Source: Amoebophrya sp. A120
Lineage: Eukaryota > Protista > Dinoflagellata
NCBI GenBank assembly: GCA_905178155.1
Contig: CAJINV010000020.1
Location: 868,001 to 932,000, forward strand
Length of the DNA stretch: 64,000 bases
Reading direction: 5' to 3'
This document shows, in pieces, positions 22,767 through 36,286 of the stretch. Position numbers and translations under genes: made by a program. The number at the start of each line of letters is the position of its first letter. Positions within the stretch are counted from its first letter, which is position 1. The notes under the pieces are model-generated. The model was not told the DNA's origin. It was given only the letters and a program-made list of their open reading frames with translations, and did not search any database.

Positions 22767-25700
22767 TTACTTTTTTTTCTTCTTCCGTTTGTTCGCATTC
22801 GCTTTGCCGCCGTTCTCGGCTCGTTTAGCGGCAGCGGTCGGCGTGGACTCCGGAGATTCGTTCTCGTCACCTTGATACGATAGATATATTTTTCGTTTCA
22901 GTCTGCTCTTCACCTTTCGTTCGCTCCGTGTACGCGACAACGAGCATTTTGTTGATACACCCAAACCGAATCACAACCCGTGTTTCATGATCATCATTGA
23001 TATGTTTCTCAACATTTCAACACTCTTACAGCTAGACGTAGAAAAGTACCTGAACCCGATGACGCCTCCTTGTCGGGCAACACTATCGGCGTTTTTCTTG
23101 CAGGCGCGCCCGGATCCTCTTTGTTCTCTGTGGTCTCTTTATTTCCACTTTCTGAGCTTGCTGTGCCATTCTTTGCCTTTGTTGACCCAGAAGTGAATCC
23201 ACTCGCTGGCCCGGTTCCGTTTGGACTAGTCGCCGCGGCGTTTAGGAGCTTGGCAATGTTATCTGCCTTCTCTTTTTCCTTCTCACTAAACGTAGTTGTT
23301 CCGCTCGTGTTCTTCGCAGCAGCACTTTCTGCCGCAGCTTTCTTGTTCAAAATTGAGTTTCCGTTTAACGTGACTCCCCCGCCGGCGGCCTTCCGTGCCT
23401 GGATCTTCTGCTGCAGCTTTTCTCGCATGGTTTGCGCCCCCGCCGAGTGGTCTGCCACGGGCGTGTGGTGTTTCGCGTGGTGCGCCGAATCGTTTGCCGT
23501 ACTGGCACCAGCTGCCCCTCCGTGCGGGGAGGCGGATGAAGAACCTGCGTTCGTTCCTGGTTCTCCGTCGGACGTGATTTCTGGGTGTTTTGGCTTGTAC
23601 TGGCAGATCGCCGCGACTCGGGCGTTGATGGGGCAGGGTTCCGGCCCGGTTTCGCAGTACTCCAAAAACGTCGCGTAGGTCTCCTGGGTCCTCTTCTCCC
23701 CGACGATACCCTGCCTCACGACCTGCTCGCTCGCGCTGAAAAATTTCACCTCCTGCTCGAACGTCGGCAATTTGACTGCCGACGCCGGCGAGGCTGCCGC
23801 GGACGGCGTGCCGGGGGTGATCACTTTCCCCTTGTTCGCCTTCCGCTGCTCACTTGTGAACGAAAACATGGCCGCGGGTGAGTTCGTATCAAATGCAAAT
23901 ATGCCTGGGTCTCGAAGATTGTGACGTTTGTCATGCACGTTTTGCATGAGCATGAGCCATGATGTCTGTGATGCGCGCCCTAGCATCACAGACTTTTTGA
24001 GGGCTTCTTGTTGATGCCTATTCCGCATGACAAATGCCCTCTGTCCCCGCGTAGCAAAAATTAGGATCCTTATTTGCTGCGCATGCAATACAAATTTTTT
24101 TGGAATCCAAATACAGCATCACAAGTTGCATCCTTCCAGACCCAGACATATTTGCCTTTGATAGTTCGTCTCGTCAAGCGGGGGCCCGAGCTGGATGATC
24201 ATCATGGTCATGTTGTCCTTGCTGTCCCTACCGAGGCAGTGCTGCACACACCTACCGCAGATCTCGGCCAACAGGTCTTCTCGCCGGGTGTATTTCGGCT
24301 GCAGCATGTGGTACCGCTCGACCACAAAACTGATCAGATCCTCATTGCTCATCACGTCAAAAATACCGTCGCACGCCAAAATTACCTGAGAAGCAAGTGG
24401 TCCCCCATCGGATAAAATTTGTTTTCGTTTTGATCATAATTGATAAATGCAACATCTTCACTTGCGGCGGTCTGATCAAATCGAAAGAGATAGATAAGAA
24501 TGCTGCCACAGACGAAACGAGATTCTACAAGTTCATGCTTATGCTACGGCTACGACAACAACAAAAAAAATCAATACTAGATCCCCGGCGTCTAGGTCGT
24601 GCATAGAGAACAACTCGGGATGGCACGAAACTTTCTGTTCACTGGCCGGCAATTTGAAGTCCATCTTGTATTGGAAATCGCCGAAGCCCCTGGACACCGC
24701 CAAGTTCCCGTCCAACCGCGGACAGTCGCTAAGAAACCCTTGCTGCCCGTCCATGCCGGAAACAGACCCGCCTGCCTTGATGATTCGGTCAAACTCGCAT
24801 TTGCGGCTTGGCTTGTGGTCTGTTGTGCGTGTGGATAAAGAGATTGGGTGCAACTTCTTAGCACTAGCAGGCAGGCATTCCAATTCATCCATTGCGTCTC
24901 ACACAAGAATAAATTTATAGTTAACCCAACAATAGGAATAGTACTATGAACGGACAAAACTTGCTTAATTCCGGATTTTCTACCGGCCTTTATAGATTTT
25001 CTAGCGATCCCAGTTCGCTAGAAAAATGACGATCATACTCGTGTCAAAACGTGATATTTATGACTGCGCAGCTTTTATAGCCATCACGCACAGACGCCTT
25101 TGCTATTTTCTCAACAAGGTTGTTGGCTCAATGCATTGAATGCAAAGAGCCACACCGCTGCAGTGTACTGCTTTGAAATCGTTGGCGTGTGGGTGCATTC
25201 CCAGGGCGGACGGCGTCGCTGTCGTTAGTCAGCTAGCAAGCTGGGACCGCTAGGATTTCTATAAAGACCGCTAGCAAAATCCGGAATTAAGGACTTTTGT
25301 CCGGTCATAAATAGTACCATGAAATTCAGTTTTAGAAAAGTTAAGAAGCTACATCATGTCTACAAGTAGAGAAAGCCAACTCGTCATGATAAAAATACCA
25401 ATAGACGCCGTCCCCTCGGCATAGAACATAGTCGAGATATCTTCGTCTGGGTCATCCCCTGCTGGCTTCGTTTTTAGCGGCAGCCGGACTTCCACGTGGC
25501 TTTCGTCGTTATTTTTCGTCTTCGCACCTCCATCGGAAGCTGCTGGCGAAGAGGAGTCATTATTTGCGGCATTAGATTTTGTCGTCTTCGTCCCGTCTTC
25601 GTCTCCGGAGTTGGGGTTCTCCGGCACTCTATCCAACTCCAAATTATGGGAGTGTCAGGATTGAAATCGACAAAGTTGAAATAATTTGTAATGCATAAAA

Positions 25701-27830
25701 CGGATACCAGTTGGTCCCTAGTTTTCAAGTGGTGCATGACAAATTTGGCTAGAGCCGAAATCCAGTTTGTCATGCTGTTTGGGTAAGGAAGACGCCTTTT
25801 GTGATGCTACTTTAGCAGCTCTATTTCTACCCCGCGACAGGCTTGCAACCTGCCTCCCCTGCCTACTCTGCAAGACAGGCATTTTGTGGGTTGCGTTTTA
25901 TGCATCGCAAACTATTTCAACTTTGACGATTTCAATCCTGACGCTTCCATACAAATCTGGACTTTTGTATTCCACTTCCGTGTTTTTATTTTTGTTTTCG
26001 ACGTATCAAATGTAAAAATGTCTGGGTCTGGAAGATTGGCAGGTTTGTCATGCACATTTTGCATGACTTCTGATATCCGTGATGCATGCCCTAGCATCAC
26101 AGATTTTGTGAGGGCTTCCTGATGCCTTTACCGCATGACAAATGCTCTTTCCGTGTAGCAAAACTTGGACTCTCTTTGCTGCTCATGCAATACAGATATT
26201 TTTAGAATCCAAAATCAGCATGACAAGTTGTATTCTTCCAGACCCAGACATTTTTACAGTTGATACGACGACCGCGCTCAATTATCCTGTGGGAATAAAA
26301 ACTATCGTACGTGTAGTACTAGTCGCAAGGAATCATGCACCACAAATTTGTTCCTTATTTCCGAGCTAAATCAGTATGACAAACTTCATTATCATTTGCC
26401 ATGCTGAGCTAACGTGTATTGCAATGTTGACTACTATTAAAGTACGATAGTACAACGTTTGCAATTCATATGACTGTTTGCTCGGAAAGGCCCTTCACCT
26501 CGTCCGGCGTGGCGATACCATCGTCGTCTACCACTTGTTTCTTTGGCGACCCTGGAGGCTCCACTTCCGTAGAGACCGCCCGGGATCTTGCCAAGGAATT
26601 CGCGGATGTTGTTAAGTGCGTCTCCGTATCAAGTGCAAAAGTGTCTGGGTCTGGAAAAGTGCGACATTTGTCATGCTCGTCTGGCATGTTGACACTAAGC
26701 TCTGTATTGCGTCGCCACGGAGAGCTCCTCTTTTGTGTCGTGCAAAGTGGCTGCTTCTCATGCGGAATACGCAACACAGAGCCACGGGAAAATCTGTCAT
26801 GCTTGGCGGCGCATTTTTACAGTGTGCTTACTTGTTTTCACTTACATACACGCATCACAAGTTTCCAGACCCAGACATATTTGCAGTTGATACTCCGTGC
26901 CCAGCCGCACGATGATTCCCCGCGAATCCCCCGCGTTGGCGATGAAACAGCTGTACTTACCGGTTTCCTTGGTGCACTTCACGAGACCGACGACGCAAGT
27001 GGTGCCGGAGGAGTCTGCGGGGTCCCCGTGCCTCCCAACGAGCTCTTCGCGCAGCTCTCGGTCAACCTCCTCAAACGCCTCATCGAGCTTCTTTGCGCAG
27101 GGGCCGTCCTTGGCCTGGAATACAAATAAAAGTTCGTGTATGGTTGTATTGCAAAACAAATACGAATGTTGATCATGATGATGCGGATGTTGCCTCACAC
27201 TCAAAACGAGGAGCACCATAATGAGCATGCATCAATAGCATACAACTTAATATTTTTGACAAAAATATTTACTTATTTTTGATCAAAAGTGTAAGTGAAC
27301 CATCAATATGCACCAGGCATCAACATGCACAACCTCACCTTTCGCTTCGTCGTTGCTTTTTTCAAAGCGGCGGGTAGTTTTTCCGCTGCCAATCGTGCGG
27401 CCCGGTAGCCACCGTGGCCGTCTAGTACCCCAAAAGTCGCCCACCCGTTCTATGGCGTTCTCAACTGTTACATTCTCAACTGTTACATGAATTTGCGATG
27501 CAAGAATGGCAAAAGTGATAGGAGAGATCTTGCGCGTCTTGCATGACAGATTTGGCGCCGAGTATCGGCCTGCTTGGCCCTCTGAGAATTTGTCATGCGA
27601 AGCAGCTTGATGGTGTAGATTCTGAAGGCAATTCTGCATGACAAATCATGTAACAGTTGAGAATGTAACGTTTGAGAACGCCATACGTTCGCGTCCGGTT
27701 GCGAAAAAAAGTGCGCATCCTCATGGTTTTCTCGCCAACCCTGCATTTCCGCGACGGCACACGAACCCAGGTGCCCGCGCTGCCGCTGGAGCCGCACCAC
27801 CTCGATGGGTGATGATAGCATGCCCCCCAT
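22767..27830 (-). CDS. Protein phosphatase 2C (PPM family), MG start suggesting myristoylation
   Basis: MQGWRENHEDAH, FGVLDGHGG (in frame only after insert removal), SGTTC, ANAGDSR, DHKP, LAVSRGFGD, LACDGIFD, DNMT. Six inserts and four GT-AG introns (27338-27115, 25398-24898, 24577-24386, 23049-22871). Confidence 0.95.
23887..24163. mobile_element. Introner family B
   Basis: TATCAAATGCAAATATG.CTGGGTCT IR; TSD GTTCG. Confidence 0.9.
24945..25309. mobile_element. MITE with ~75-bp imperfect TIRs and 8-bp TSD, inside a GT-AG intron
   Basis: TATGA.CGGACAAAA..TTAATTCCGGATTTT; TSD AATAGTAC at 24937-24944 and 25310-25317. Confidence 0.85.
25645..25951. mobile_element. Introner family D
   Basis: TSD CAAAT; IR GTCAGGATTGAAATCG.CAAAGTTGAAATA. 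Confidence 0.9.
26004..26265. mobile_element. Introner family B
   Basis: TSD CGACG; IR TGTAAAAATGTCTGGGTCTGGAAGA. Confidence 0.9.
26283..26470. mobile_element. Introner family A (diverged)
   Basis: TATCCTGTG..TTTGCAATTCATA; imperfect TSD TCAAT/TGACT; removal is in frame. Confidence 0.8.
26627..26892. mobile_element. Introner family B
   Basis: TSD CTCCG; family B IR. Confidence 0.9.
27451..27685. mobile_element. Introner family E-related
   Basis: TATGGCGTTCTCAA..TTGAGAACGCCATA; TSD CGTTC; removal puts PP2C DGHGG in frame. Confidence 0.92.
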
Positions 27831-29459
27831 CTTGAAACAGATACAGATTCTTGAAAACTTTTGTGTTAAGGTAAAATTTTAAGCTGAGGGAAGTTTTGTT
27901 GTGGTGATAAGTGAATCGTTGTTGCGTGATGCATAGCGTCGAAAAGAAGTGTGTTGTGTTCTGTTCTTGTCCACTAGAAGTTCTATCTGCTTTCTTGTGT
28001 GAGTTTGATAAAATGCAATGCATTGATGGTTTTGTTTGTATCTGCAATATTATTCAGATGGTGTCTCACCTGAACGCAATTTAGGTGGTGGATTTGACCA
28101 TTAAGCGTTTGAGACTGGTACCAAAAGGAAACTACTATACACAGCTATCCAAGAAATCGCAATCATTCAACTATAAACCTTGCTGGTGTACTAGTTGAGA
28201 GTACGGCTACTACTTACCGTTACTTACCCTTCGGATTTCACGAACTTACTTATCTCACGATCACAAGCTAGAAGAAGAACGGCAAAACAGAGTAAAAATA
28301 ATTGTTGCAAAAGAATATAATACCTGCTGTTCGTCCTGCAAGCACAGCACTACACAGTGACAGTAACAAGCTCCAAGAACTGTAACGGCTACTGTCACAG
28401 TTGCTCTTGACGTGCTTGTGTAAGAGGGCAAGCAGGTAAAAATTGATAAACACAAAAAAAAACCTTGCAAAGATAAAAAGAAGCCCTATAGCTTGCAGCT
28501 TTAGAAGGTATGCTTCACCACTTGTTTGACAGTTTTGAATTTGATAAATTCAAATGCGCAGTGTGTTGAAGTCGGAAGCTTTGCTCCTTCTATCGATAAC
28601 ACTGAAAATTTTTTTTCCTACTTTATTCATCAAGAAGTGGAGCGCTCTACTTTGATGCGATTAATTTGTTTTTAGGTGACAAGCTTCAGCTGGTAGTGCG
28701 TGCGTCAGCCAATTTCTCTCTGTTTTGTCGATGTTGTTGCCTCTGTCAGGGGTAGAATGGCAATTGGTTCAAATTGAATTTGAAGTGTTGATGAAAGTGA
28801 TAGCATTTTTTACTTACTGTACTTACAGATACTGAGCGCGATCTTGTTTGAGATCAAAGAAGGCTGCTGTCATTATCCTACGTCGAGAACAGCAGCTCGT
28901 AAGGTGAGTAACTATAGATATATTAAGAAATGGATCCTTGCTGATGTGCCACCCTTTCTGCGTCATGGTCGCAGGCGTTCGGAATAATCTATATGCGTGA
29001 TCATCATGAAGTAAGATCTTTCCAGGCAGATAAAAAGTGTCAGTCAACGTACGGGAATATAACGCTGGAGCGTTGATGGACCGCGCGGAGAATCGAAAGC
29101 GTACAAGAACATCAATCGGTGAGTGAGAGCGCATTCTTGATGCGCCCCTTTTGTTTCGTCGTAGTCGCGGCGCTGCACAATCACGGTTGTATACGTGACG
29201 ATTTTGATTTGCCCGTCGTACTAGCGGTTGCACGTATAAAAATCATATGGCTCCTTTCATCTGTGTCTTTGTTTGCGGCTGCTCTGAAGAGTGGTGATAG
29301 ATCCACGGTTCTTTAGCGTTCGTGCGTTATGTTGTAGAGGCAGATCCTTATGTTCTCTTTGCTTTGGAGCTCACAAATCGGATTTTCAAAGTGGCGGAAT
29401 GACGCATCAGTAGCAAGGATGAGAAACAAATCTTCATCGCTCAAAAAATTATGTACTAC

Positions 29460-30620
29460 CTACAACTGTTCCTCCACCGCTGTGATTTTCTCCGCAATCG
29501 ACTGGGTCTTGTCCACCCGTGTGCCTAGCCGGATGCTCGTCGTGATGCGCGGCACCCCCAACTCGTTGTGCAACACGGCATGGCACTTTTTCAGCGTATG
29601 GATTGCAAAAGTGTCTGGGTCTGGAAGATTGTCAGACTTGTTATGCAGGTTTTTAGGTGAGGTCTGGTATGTAGGACATAGCATGAGAGATTCTCCGAGA
29701 CCTTTCTATTGCCTAATCTGCATGACAAACTCTCTCCCGACTTGGTCAAAACCGGACGACCTTTGGTAATCATGCAACACAGATTTTTGCACGCTTGAGA
29801 TTTCGCGTGACAAGTTGCATTCTCGCAGACCCAGACATTTTTACATTTGATACAGCGCTTGCATACACAAATCCCAGTCGCCGGAAACGTTCGTGCCGTA
29901 GCCGTGGAGGTGAATTTCAAGCTCTGGGCTGAAGGACCGCAGGATCTTCTCGACTACCGCGATTTCGTTACGGACACTGACGTCTTTTGTCCCGAGGGGA
30001 ACGATACATATGTCGATCATGCAACGGTTAGTGGAAGCAGGGAAGGTACCGTGACCGTCGTGTTCACTCACTGGGGGAGGTGTTCCAAACTTCATCAGCG
30101 AGGTAGAACTGGACGACAAGCTACTAGTAGCGGATGATGATGAAAAAGAAAACCCCCTTCGCCGGCAATTTCTGTAATCCATCGGCACGCCCCCACAACC
30201 GCCAGCGTATTTCGATGTGCCCACACTGGTGGTCGACCGGATGTGAGAGGGGATGTATGCGGACAGCGTTCCCGGGGTTGTGGCGAGGGAATGGTGTTTC
30301 ATCGCTCCATCGCGACTATTTTTAGTCCCTCGTGCGTTGGACACCGCCGAGGTTGGACTCCTGTGGTCTGCCGAACTGGATGAAAAGCCCCTGTTTTCGT
30401 GCTCCTCGAGGAGCGTGTGAATGTCCGGCCCGAAAACCAGGCGCCGAAGTACGGCTTGCGCTCGCGAGGAAATCGCCTCAGGAAAAAATAAACCAGGAAT
30501 TGCTCCTCTGCCAGTTCTTGCAGCAGCATGGCCTGAAGCCAAAGGCGATGAAGCTTGCGGGGACCGATGAAAGAAATGCGTCCAGAAGCTTTCCAACAAA
30601 TGAGGGCTGCGCGGCATCAT
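29460..30620 (-). CDS. Thiamine-binding protein family (MTH1187/YqgV/Ecm15-like) with long N-terminal extension
   Basis: DICIVPLG..SV..EIA, HGYGTNVSGDWD, CH..LH..GVPRITTSIRLGTRVDK. Removing insert 29597-29852 gives MQAL|KKCH. Confidence 0.85.
29597..29852. mobile_element. Introner family B
   Basis: TSD CAGCG; family B IR. Confidence 0.9.
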
Positions 30621-31419
30621 GGTGGAGGGTCACGACCCACTAGAAAAATATCTAGTATGTAACTATCAAACGATTTTAGCTTTTTTTCATTTACCCGTCC
30701 TTGTCGGAAAAAATCCTACATCTAGTACTAACCAGAGATGAGAGAGTCGCGCGATTGCAAAACGAAAACGATTTAAGTACTTAAATGGTACTTCGAATCA
30801 CGTAACGGGGCTAACAAGAAGACTAGCGAGCAGTAAGTTTGACCTGTTGAACAAAAATTTGTGGATTGCCGCAAGTAGGAACAAAGTGCGGTGAATCAGG
30901 TCTGCGGACGATCTAAAGACCAAGAAGCGAAAATAGAAATGGCCGATGGACAAGGCTCCTCGTGGTGGTCTCGGGTGCCTAGGATTTCCCTTTCAAGCGA
31001 GACGAGGGTCGTCCACAACTTGGTTTCTGATTCAGTATAATACGCTAGTACAGCTACAGAACAACATCTGCACTCCACGTTTCCGCCCGTTGCGCGTGAG
31101 CCACATCTTCCGCAGGACCGCAAGTCCTCCAGAAGTGTCGGCCAGACTCTGCAAATGAAATCTGCAACACCAACATCGCCATGCGGCTGTTCCGCGTATA
31201 CTTCCGTCGTGCTCTCCAACCGAACTGCACCATGATCCGGGTCCTCGTTCCAGATTCCACTACGCACGCGACGGTCGGAAAACAGTTCCCAGGCCCCGTC
31301 CTGGGCTGCCGGCCTCCCAAGCGCTGTTGTTGACCACACGTCCGTATTAATTTTCATCGCGGCCAGAACCAGAAGCAGAAGCCCCCGCCGCTCCTGCAAT
31401 TCGAATTCCACCACACTCG

Positions 31420-34400
31420 TTAAATAACGACCGCGGAACTTCGCAACTCCTCGGGTGAAAAGAACGTCCCCGCCGGCCAGAGGCGGTCTGCGTCCGCAGG
31501 GGCGTCTGGCTTCCTCTCGTCCACCGCGAAGGGAAAGTCGCAGGGCCGCTTTGTATGCTTCTCCGGCCGCCGCTGGCGGAAAACGCGCACGGTGTCGAAA
31601 TACGCAAGGCACAAAGTCTTCAAATCATTGACGAAATAGTACCTCGGCCGGATGAGATACGTCTGTCCGTTGACACTGAAAGTCCTGTGCGGAACATCTG
31701 GAGGGTATGAGGGGAGTTGATGTAAGGTCTTATCCACTTCTGCTGCGGAGGAAGATGTAGTTCCCTGTGAAGATGATGTACTAGAACCTTCCGTGCCATT
31801 TTTAAAAATACCGTACTCCGCCAGCACGGTCGTGTGAATTGCACCTGTCCCGGGGACATGTGTCGGAATTTTGCTTCCTCCAGACAGCAATACGGCCTCC
31901 ACCTCCTCGAAGGGTGTGTCCAATGGTGCGCCACCCGTGATTTTATACAACACCGGCGTTGGCGTGTTTTCTACTGCAAGCTCGTATTGCCACAGCACGC
32001 TGAGAGGTCGGTTCCAGCTGGTTTGGATGATCGTCTCAATCCAGTGCTTTGTGTTGTCTACGGAAATGGGTTGGAGCGAGTTGCAAAAGGAGGAACTAGT
32101 AGATGATAGTACCGAGGAGGGTGCTGATCCAGATACGGTGGCTGTAGCAGAAGCGTGTGTGGATCCTGCGCCATTGCTGCCCTTCATGGCTTTCGTTTCC
32201 TTCGCCTCTAGCTCCGCCACCTCTTCTTGCCCTTGGAACAGCATTGCGGGCGTCGCTTTGTAACTCGAGCGACGGACGAACACCAAGTCCACCGAGCCCC
32301 AATAGACCAAATCGTACCCGAAGGCCATGGCCAAGTCTTTGCAACTCAACACGGAGCTTCCCATCGAGTCGATCCACAGGGCCGCTGCCATGCCGCGCTG
32401 GTAGATCGGGGCAGGATTTTTCTCCACCGTTTTCGCGTATCGGCGCTGCTCAATCCTCTCCAAAAGCATTGTGCTCGTATAAATGGTACTCTTGCATGAC
32501 AGATTTACTCTTTTACCTCGATCTGCATGACAACTTTCATTTTTCCTGTAGAAACGATTTGTCATGCGATTTATACTTAGTACGACGCTTTTGCAATGCA
32601 TATGCTCGATCCCAAACTTGTTAAACCGCTCCACGATGATGACGCGCGGGCGGTAGCCGGCGAGGAGAATCGCCCGTAAAAAGTGCCAGTCCCGCCCGTC
32701 AACGTCGATGGACAGCAGGTCGAATTCCTGGGGGATTTTAGGCGCGCTACTGCGGGGACCGAGGGTCTGGCTGTCGTCAAGGAGAATGCTTGATGGGGTT
32801 GTTGCGGCGTTCAATTTCGTGGCAGCGCCCGAGGTGGACTGTCTCGTTGTTCCGACGTTCTGCAGAATCTCCACGAGGTTGTGCTTGTTATCCATTGCAA
32901 AAGTATCGCACTCGTATGAAATTTGCATCCAGCCAGGCATGACTAATCTGGTTTCCTACCTGAATCTGCACGACAAGGACAAAGTGCAGTTTTCTTCTTG
33001 AGAAAGCAATGATTATACGCAGTACGATACTTCTGGTTTTGCAATGCATACTCGTCGACCAAATGCAGCTCCAAACCGATCCCTGGGGAGTCGTACAAAG
33101 TGTCGATCATGACTATCACACCAAAAAGTGTATAACGTTAACGGAGTTTGGCATTCAGGAATGCACGAGAAATGACGCCCAATTTCGTATTGCATAGCAT
33201 GCATGATAGCGGAAATTTCTCATGCATGACACAAAATAACCGTTAACGTTAACACTTTTTTGCTTGATAATGACCCCGTCCCAACCGCGAACCGTGCGCC
33301 AATACCTGGTGTTGCACTCGTGGCCGCTACCAACGCCGATCTCGACGTAAATGCGGTTTGTCGTGCCGATGTTGTCGAACACCCGCACCAAGACAGCGTC
33401 TTTGTTATCCTCCGCGAACGACGCTAGCGGCGAACCGAGGAAGTGCCAGTCGCTACTGGCGGTCCACAAATCCCAGCTGCGCAGGAGGTTATGCCGGGCT
33501 TTTTCGTCATTTAGCTGCTCCGATGCCGCGAGTTCGGTGCGGGTCCGCTTGCAGGCCGGGGTGACCAGCGGACGGGTGTAGAAGGAAGTTGCTGTTGATA
33601 GTGGTGGTCTACTAACTGCAATGTCATTTGCTGTTACTGGTGGTGCTGCCCCTGCCCCTGCCGTAGCTGCTGGCGCGAAGGGCTTGATTCCTCTACACTG
33701 GTTCAACTCGAGATTGACCCCGTTTCTCGCCCTCCTTGCTTTCCGCCAGGGCTCAAAGGCTGCGTCGCCGGTGTTTGCCTCTAATCTTCGTTTCTCCTCT
33801 TCAGTCTTTCCTTTGGTGGTCAAGAATCCAAAAGCCTGGTGGGTCAAGAACGCGTCTTCTGCCGGCTCGTGGGAGGAAACTACTGGAAGTACTTCGCCAC
33901 GACCTGGATGAGAAGTCTGCCCATCGCTCCTCCTCTGCACGTTTTGGTTTTTATTTCTTTCCGCCAAAATAAATTGCTGGACTTTCACCGGGTTCCAGTA
34001 TCGGATGCTGGTTTGCATCAGCTCCACCAACCGTTTCCGCACATCGAGTAGAAGGGCCGAGGTCCTCCGGTAGGAAAAGTTCCAGACTTTTTCGTACAGG
34101 GCACGAAATTTGTTCGATATTTTCGAAATCCGCGCCATGCTGTGGACGAGAAACCCGTAATCGAACTTCGTCTCTTTCCAAACGATCGGAGCGCCCTGTG
34201 GGTTGCCCACGGCTGGGTAGTGCTTGGCGTAGTGAGAGACCTCCACAGGAGATGTTGATGCTGTAGTCGTTTCTATAGAAGCGCTCGCACTACTAGTACT
34301 ACTTCCACCTGCAGCACTTTTCAGCATTTCGTCTTCGTCTTCAGGCGCTTCGAAGTAAAACACCGTCTCTAAGAGCTCGATGGCACGCGTCAAGCAATCC

Positions 34401-36286
34401 GGCCAGATCCCCCAGTGGATTTCCGCGCGCAACACGACCGCAACTGCGAAAAAGGGCGACCAAGCGAATGTCGGGTCGTTTTGCTTGCGAGCTTTTTCCA
34501 AAAGAATATACCACGTGGAGATGGACGAAGATGAGGGCGGCGATGGTTCTTTCGCGGCAGTACCAGTAGCTGTGGCAACAGTAGTTGTAGCAGGAAAATT
34601 GGTTGTTTTTGATGGATCCCGTCCTCCCGCACCACCAGCTAATCCTTCGCCTTGTGCTTGTCCAAAAAAAATCCGGTTTAGCCTGGCTGCGCGGTTCGCC
34701 TGCGCCCACAACGAATCGTAGTAGTCCGCGAACGCGTGGAAGCGCGGTGATGGAGGCGACGCGTAGGTCACGATTTCCCTCCTGCCTGTGTCGCCCAGAA
34801 TGCCGCTGCGAAACGTCGTCTGCCCGGGGTGCGTTCTATCGTCTTCGCTGAGAAACAGTCTGCCGAACCTGGACGGGTATCCCGCAAGAAACAGCGCGTA
34901 GTTGCTGCATCGGAGCCTGGTGTGGGTCACATCCAACGAACCGTACGACGCGTGCATGACACTGGAGAACCGATCTGCGGTCAAGTGTTCCATGCATCTT
35001 CTCGGGTGCTCCTCGGTCACATTGGCGCCGCGGGTGTGAATCGACCCCTTCACGTGGTGGCGGTCCTGGGACACCTTGCCGTGGGTGATCAACTCTGCGA
35101 AAAGCGCTAAATGCGCAGCGATGTTCCACCGAAGGCGGCGGACGAGAAAGGAGAAAAACCGGTCCTCCGCGGAGTTTAAATTCGCGTACAATGCGTGATC
35201 GGACTTCTCCGCGAAAAATTCCGGCCACTCGTTGACCAACGTCATTTGACTGTTGTCTCGCCTCGGGTCCAGAAGGTTTCTGGAGGTGAGCAGGGTGACC
35301 AACACCCAAAACTTCCACAAACAGGCGCGTGCGGGGGGAAGAACGATGTTGGCAGAAGCGGGTTTTGAGCGATCCTGTGGTCCCAGAAAGATTGACTCCA
35401 CCGACCCGGGAACAAGGGCGCGCGCAATGGTTTCCTGGTCCATCTGCAAAGCCTGCTCGTCGCTACTTGGGATTGCTACTGTGGTCGGATTTTTGGCATT
35501 GGCTGCAACTCCATGATCTTCGCTGTTGCTAACGTAGTTTTCTGCAGGATCGTTGCCAGGTTCACCAGCGATATTACCCTGCTGCCCAGTTGTTGTCGTC
35601 TGCAGCTCGTCCGTCTGTCGTTTTTGTTCCACCTGTGTTCTCGCGTCCTTCTCCGCAGCCAGGTCGCTTGCGAGTTTTCCGCCCGTCTCCTGGATCTCCT
35701 CCTTGTAGAATTTTCGGTCCGCCGCAACCGCGAGCCGCCAGAACGTGCTGATCAGGGTTTTGTTGCGGAACACGAAGTCGAGCTCCGCAAGCGCGGCCCC
35801 GAACAATGTTGTGCGGCTGAGGGTCCTGACATACTCGGTTTCGCGGAAAGCCAGTAGGTTTTCCGCGGTGAAGTGAGTTGTTGTTTCCGGCTGAAGTAGT
35901 AGATCTTGTGGGCCCGAATCGGAATCGTCAGCACCTTTGTCCCCTACCTTTTTACCAGTGTTCTTCTTCAATACTTTGTTCAGTTTCTTCTCGGCCTTGG
36001 TTAGCGGTATCCGTCGGCTTAACCCCAGTTGCTTCTCGACCTCGGGTTGCGGGGTTCCGGTGACTTCGCTCTCGAAAATATCCGTCGCATCGAAGTAGGC
36101 GTTCAGCGTGTGCCAGTGGCCCAGGGGAATCTCCCGAATTACTTTGGGGCAGAAATTCATCTGCGGTGGTGGTTTTGCAGCTCGCGCTAGCGTCGTGGTC
36201 GTGCAGCTTCCATGGAACAACCAGACGAGGAAAAGCAAGAACCAACTGGCACGCAGTTTGCAACGAGCGAGCAGAGAGGTCAACAT
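31420..36286 (-). CDS. Large signal-peptide protein with FkbM-like (Methyltransf_21-type) SAM-methyltransferase domain
   Basis: YVEIGVGSGHECNT, GWDGVMID, EFDLLSIDVDGRDW, RPRVIIVE. Three inserts (33114-33269, 32889-33050, 32452-32602) are removed in frame. Confidence 0.75.
32452..32602. mobile_element. Introner family A (in-frame, stop-free)
   Basis: TSD TGCTC; decayed end AATCCTCTCC. Confidence 0.85.
32889..33050. mobile_element. Introner family A
   Basis: TATCCATTGCAAAAG..TTTTGCAATGCATA; TSD CTTGT/CTCGT. Confidence 0.88.
33114..33269. mobile_element. Introner (singleton family)
   Basis: IR AAAAAGTGT.TAACGTTAACGG; TSD ATGAC. Confidence 0.9.

Noticed and set aside
30896-31612. 238-aa ORF overlapping the methyltransferase 3' end
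   Set aside because: No motif, non-ATG start and overlap; probably UTR, though an extra exon cannot be excluded.
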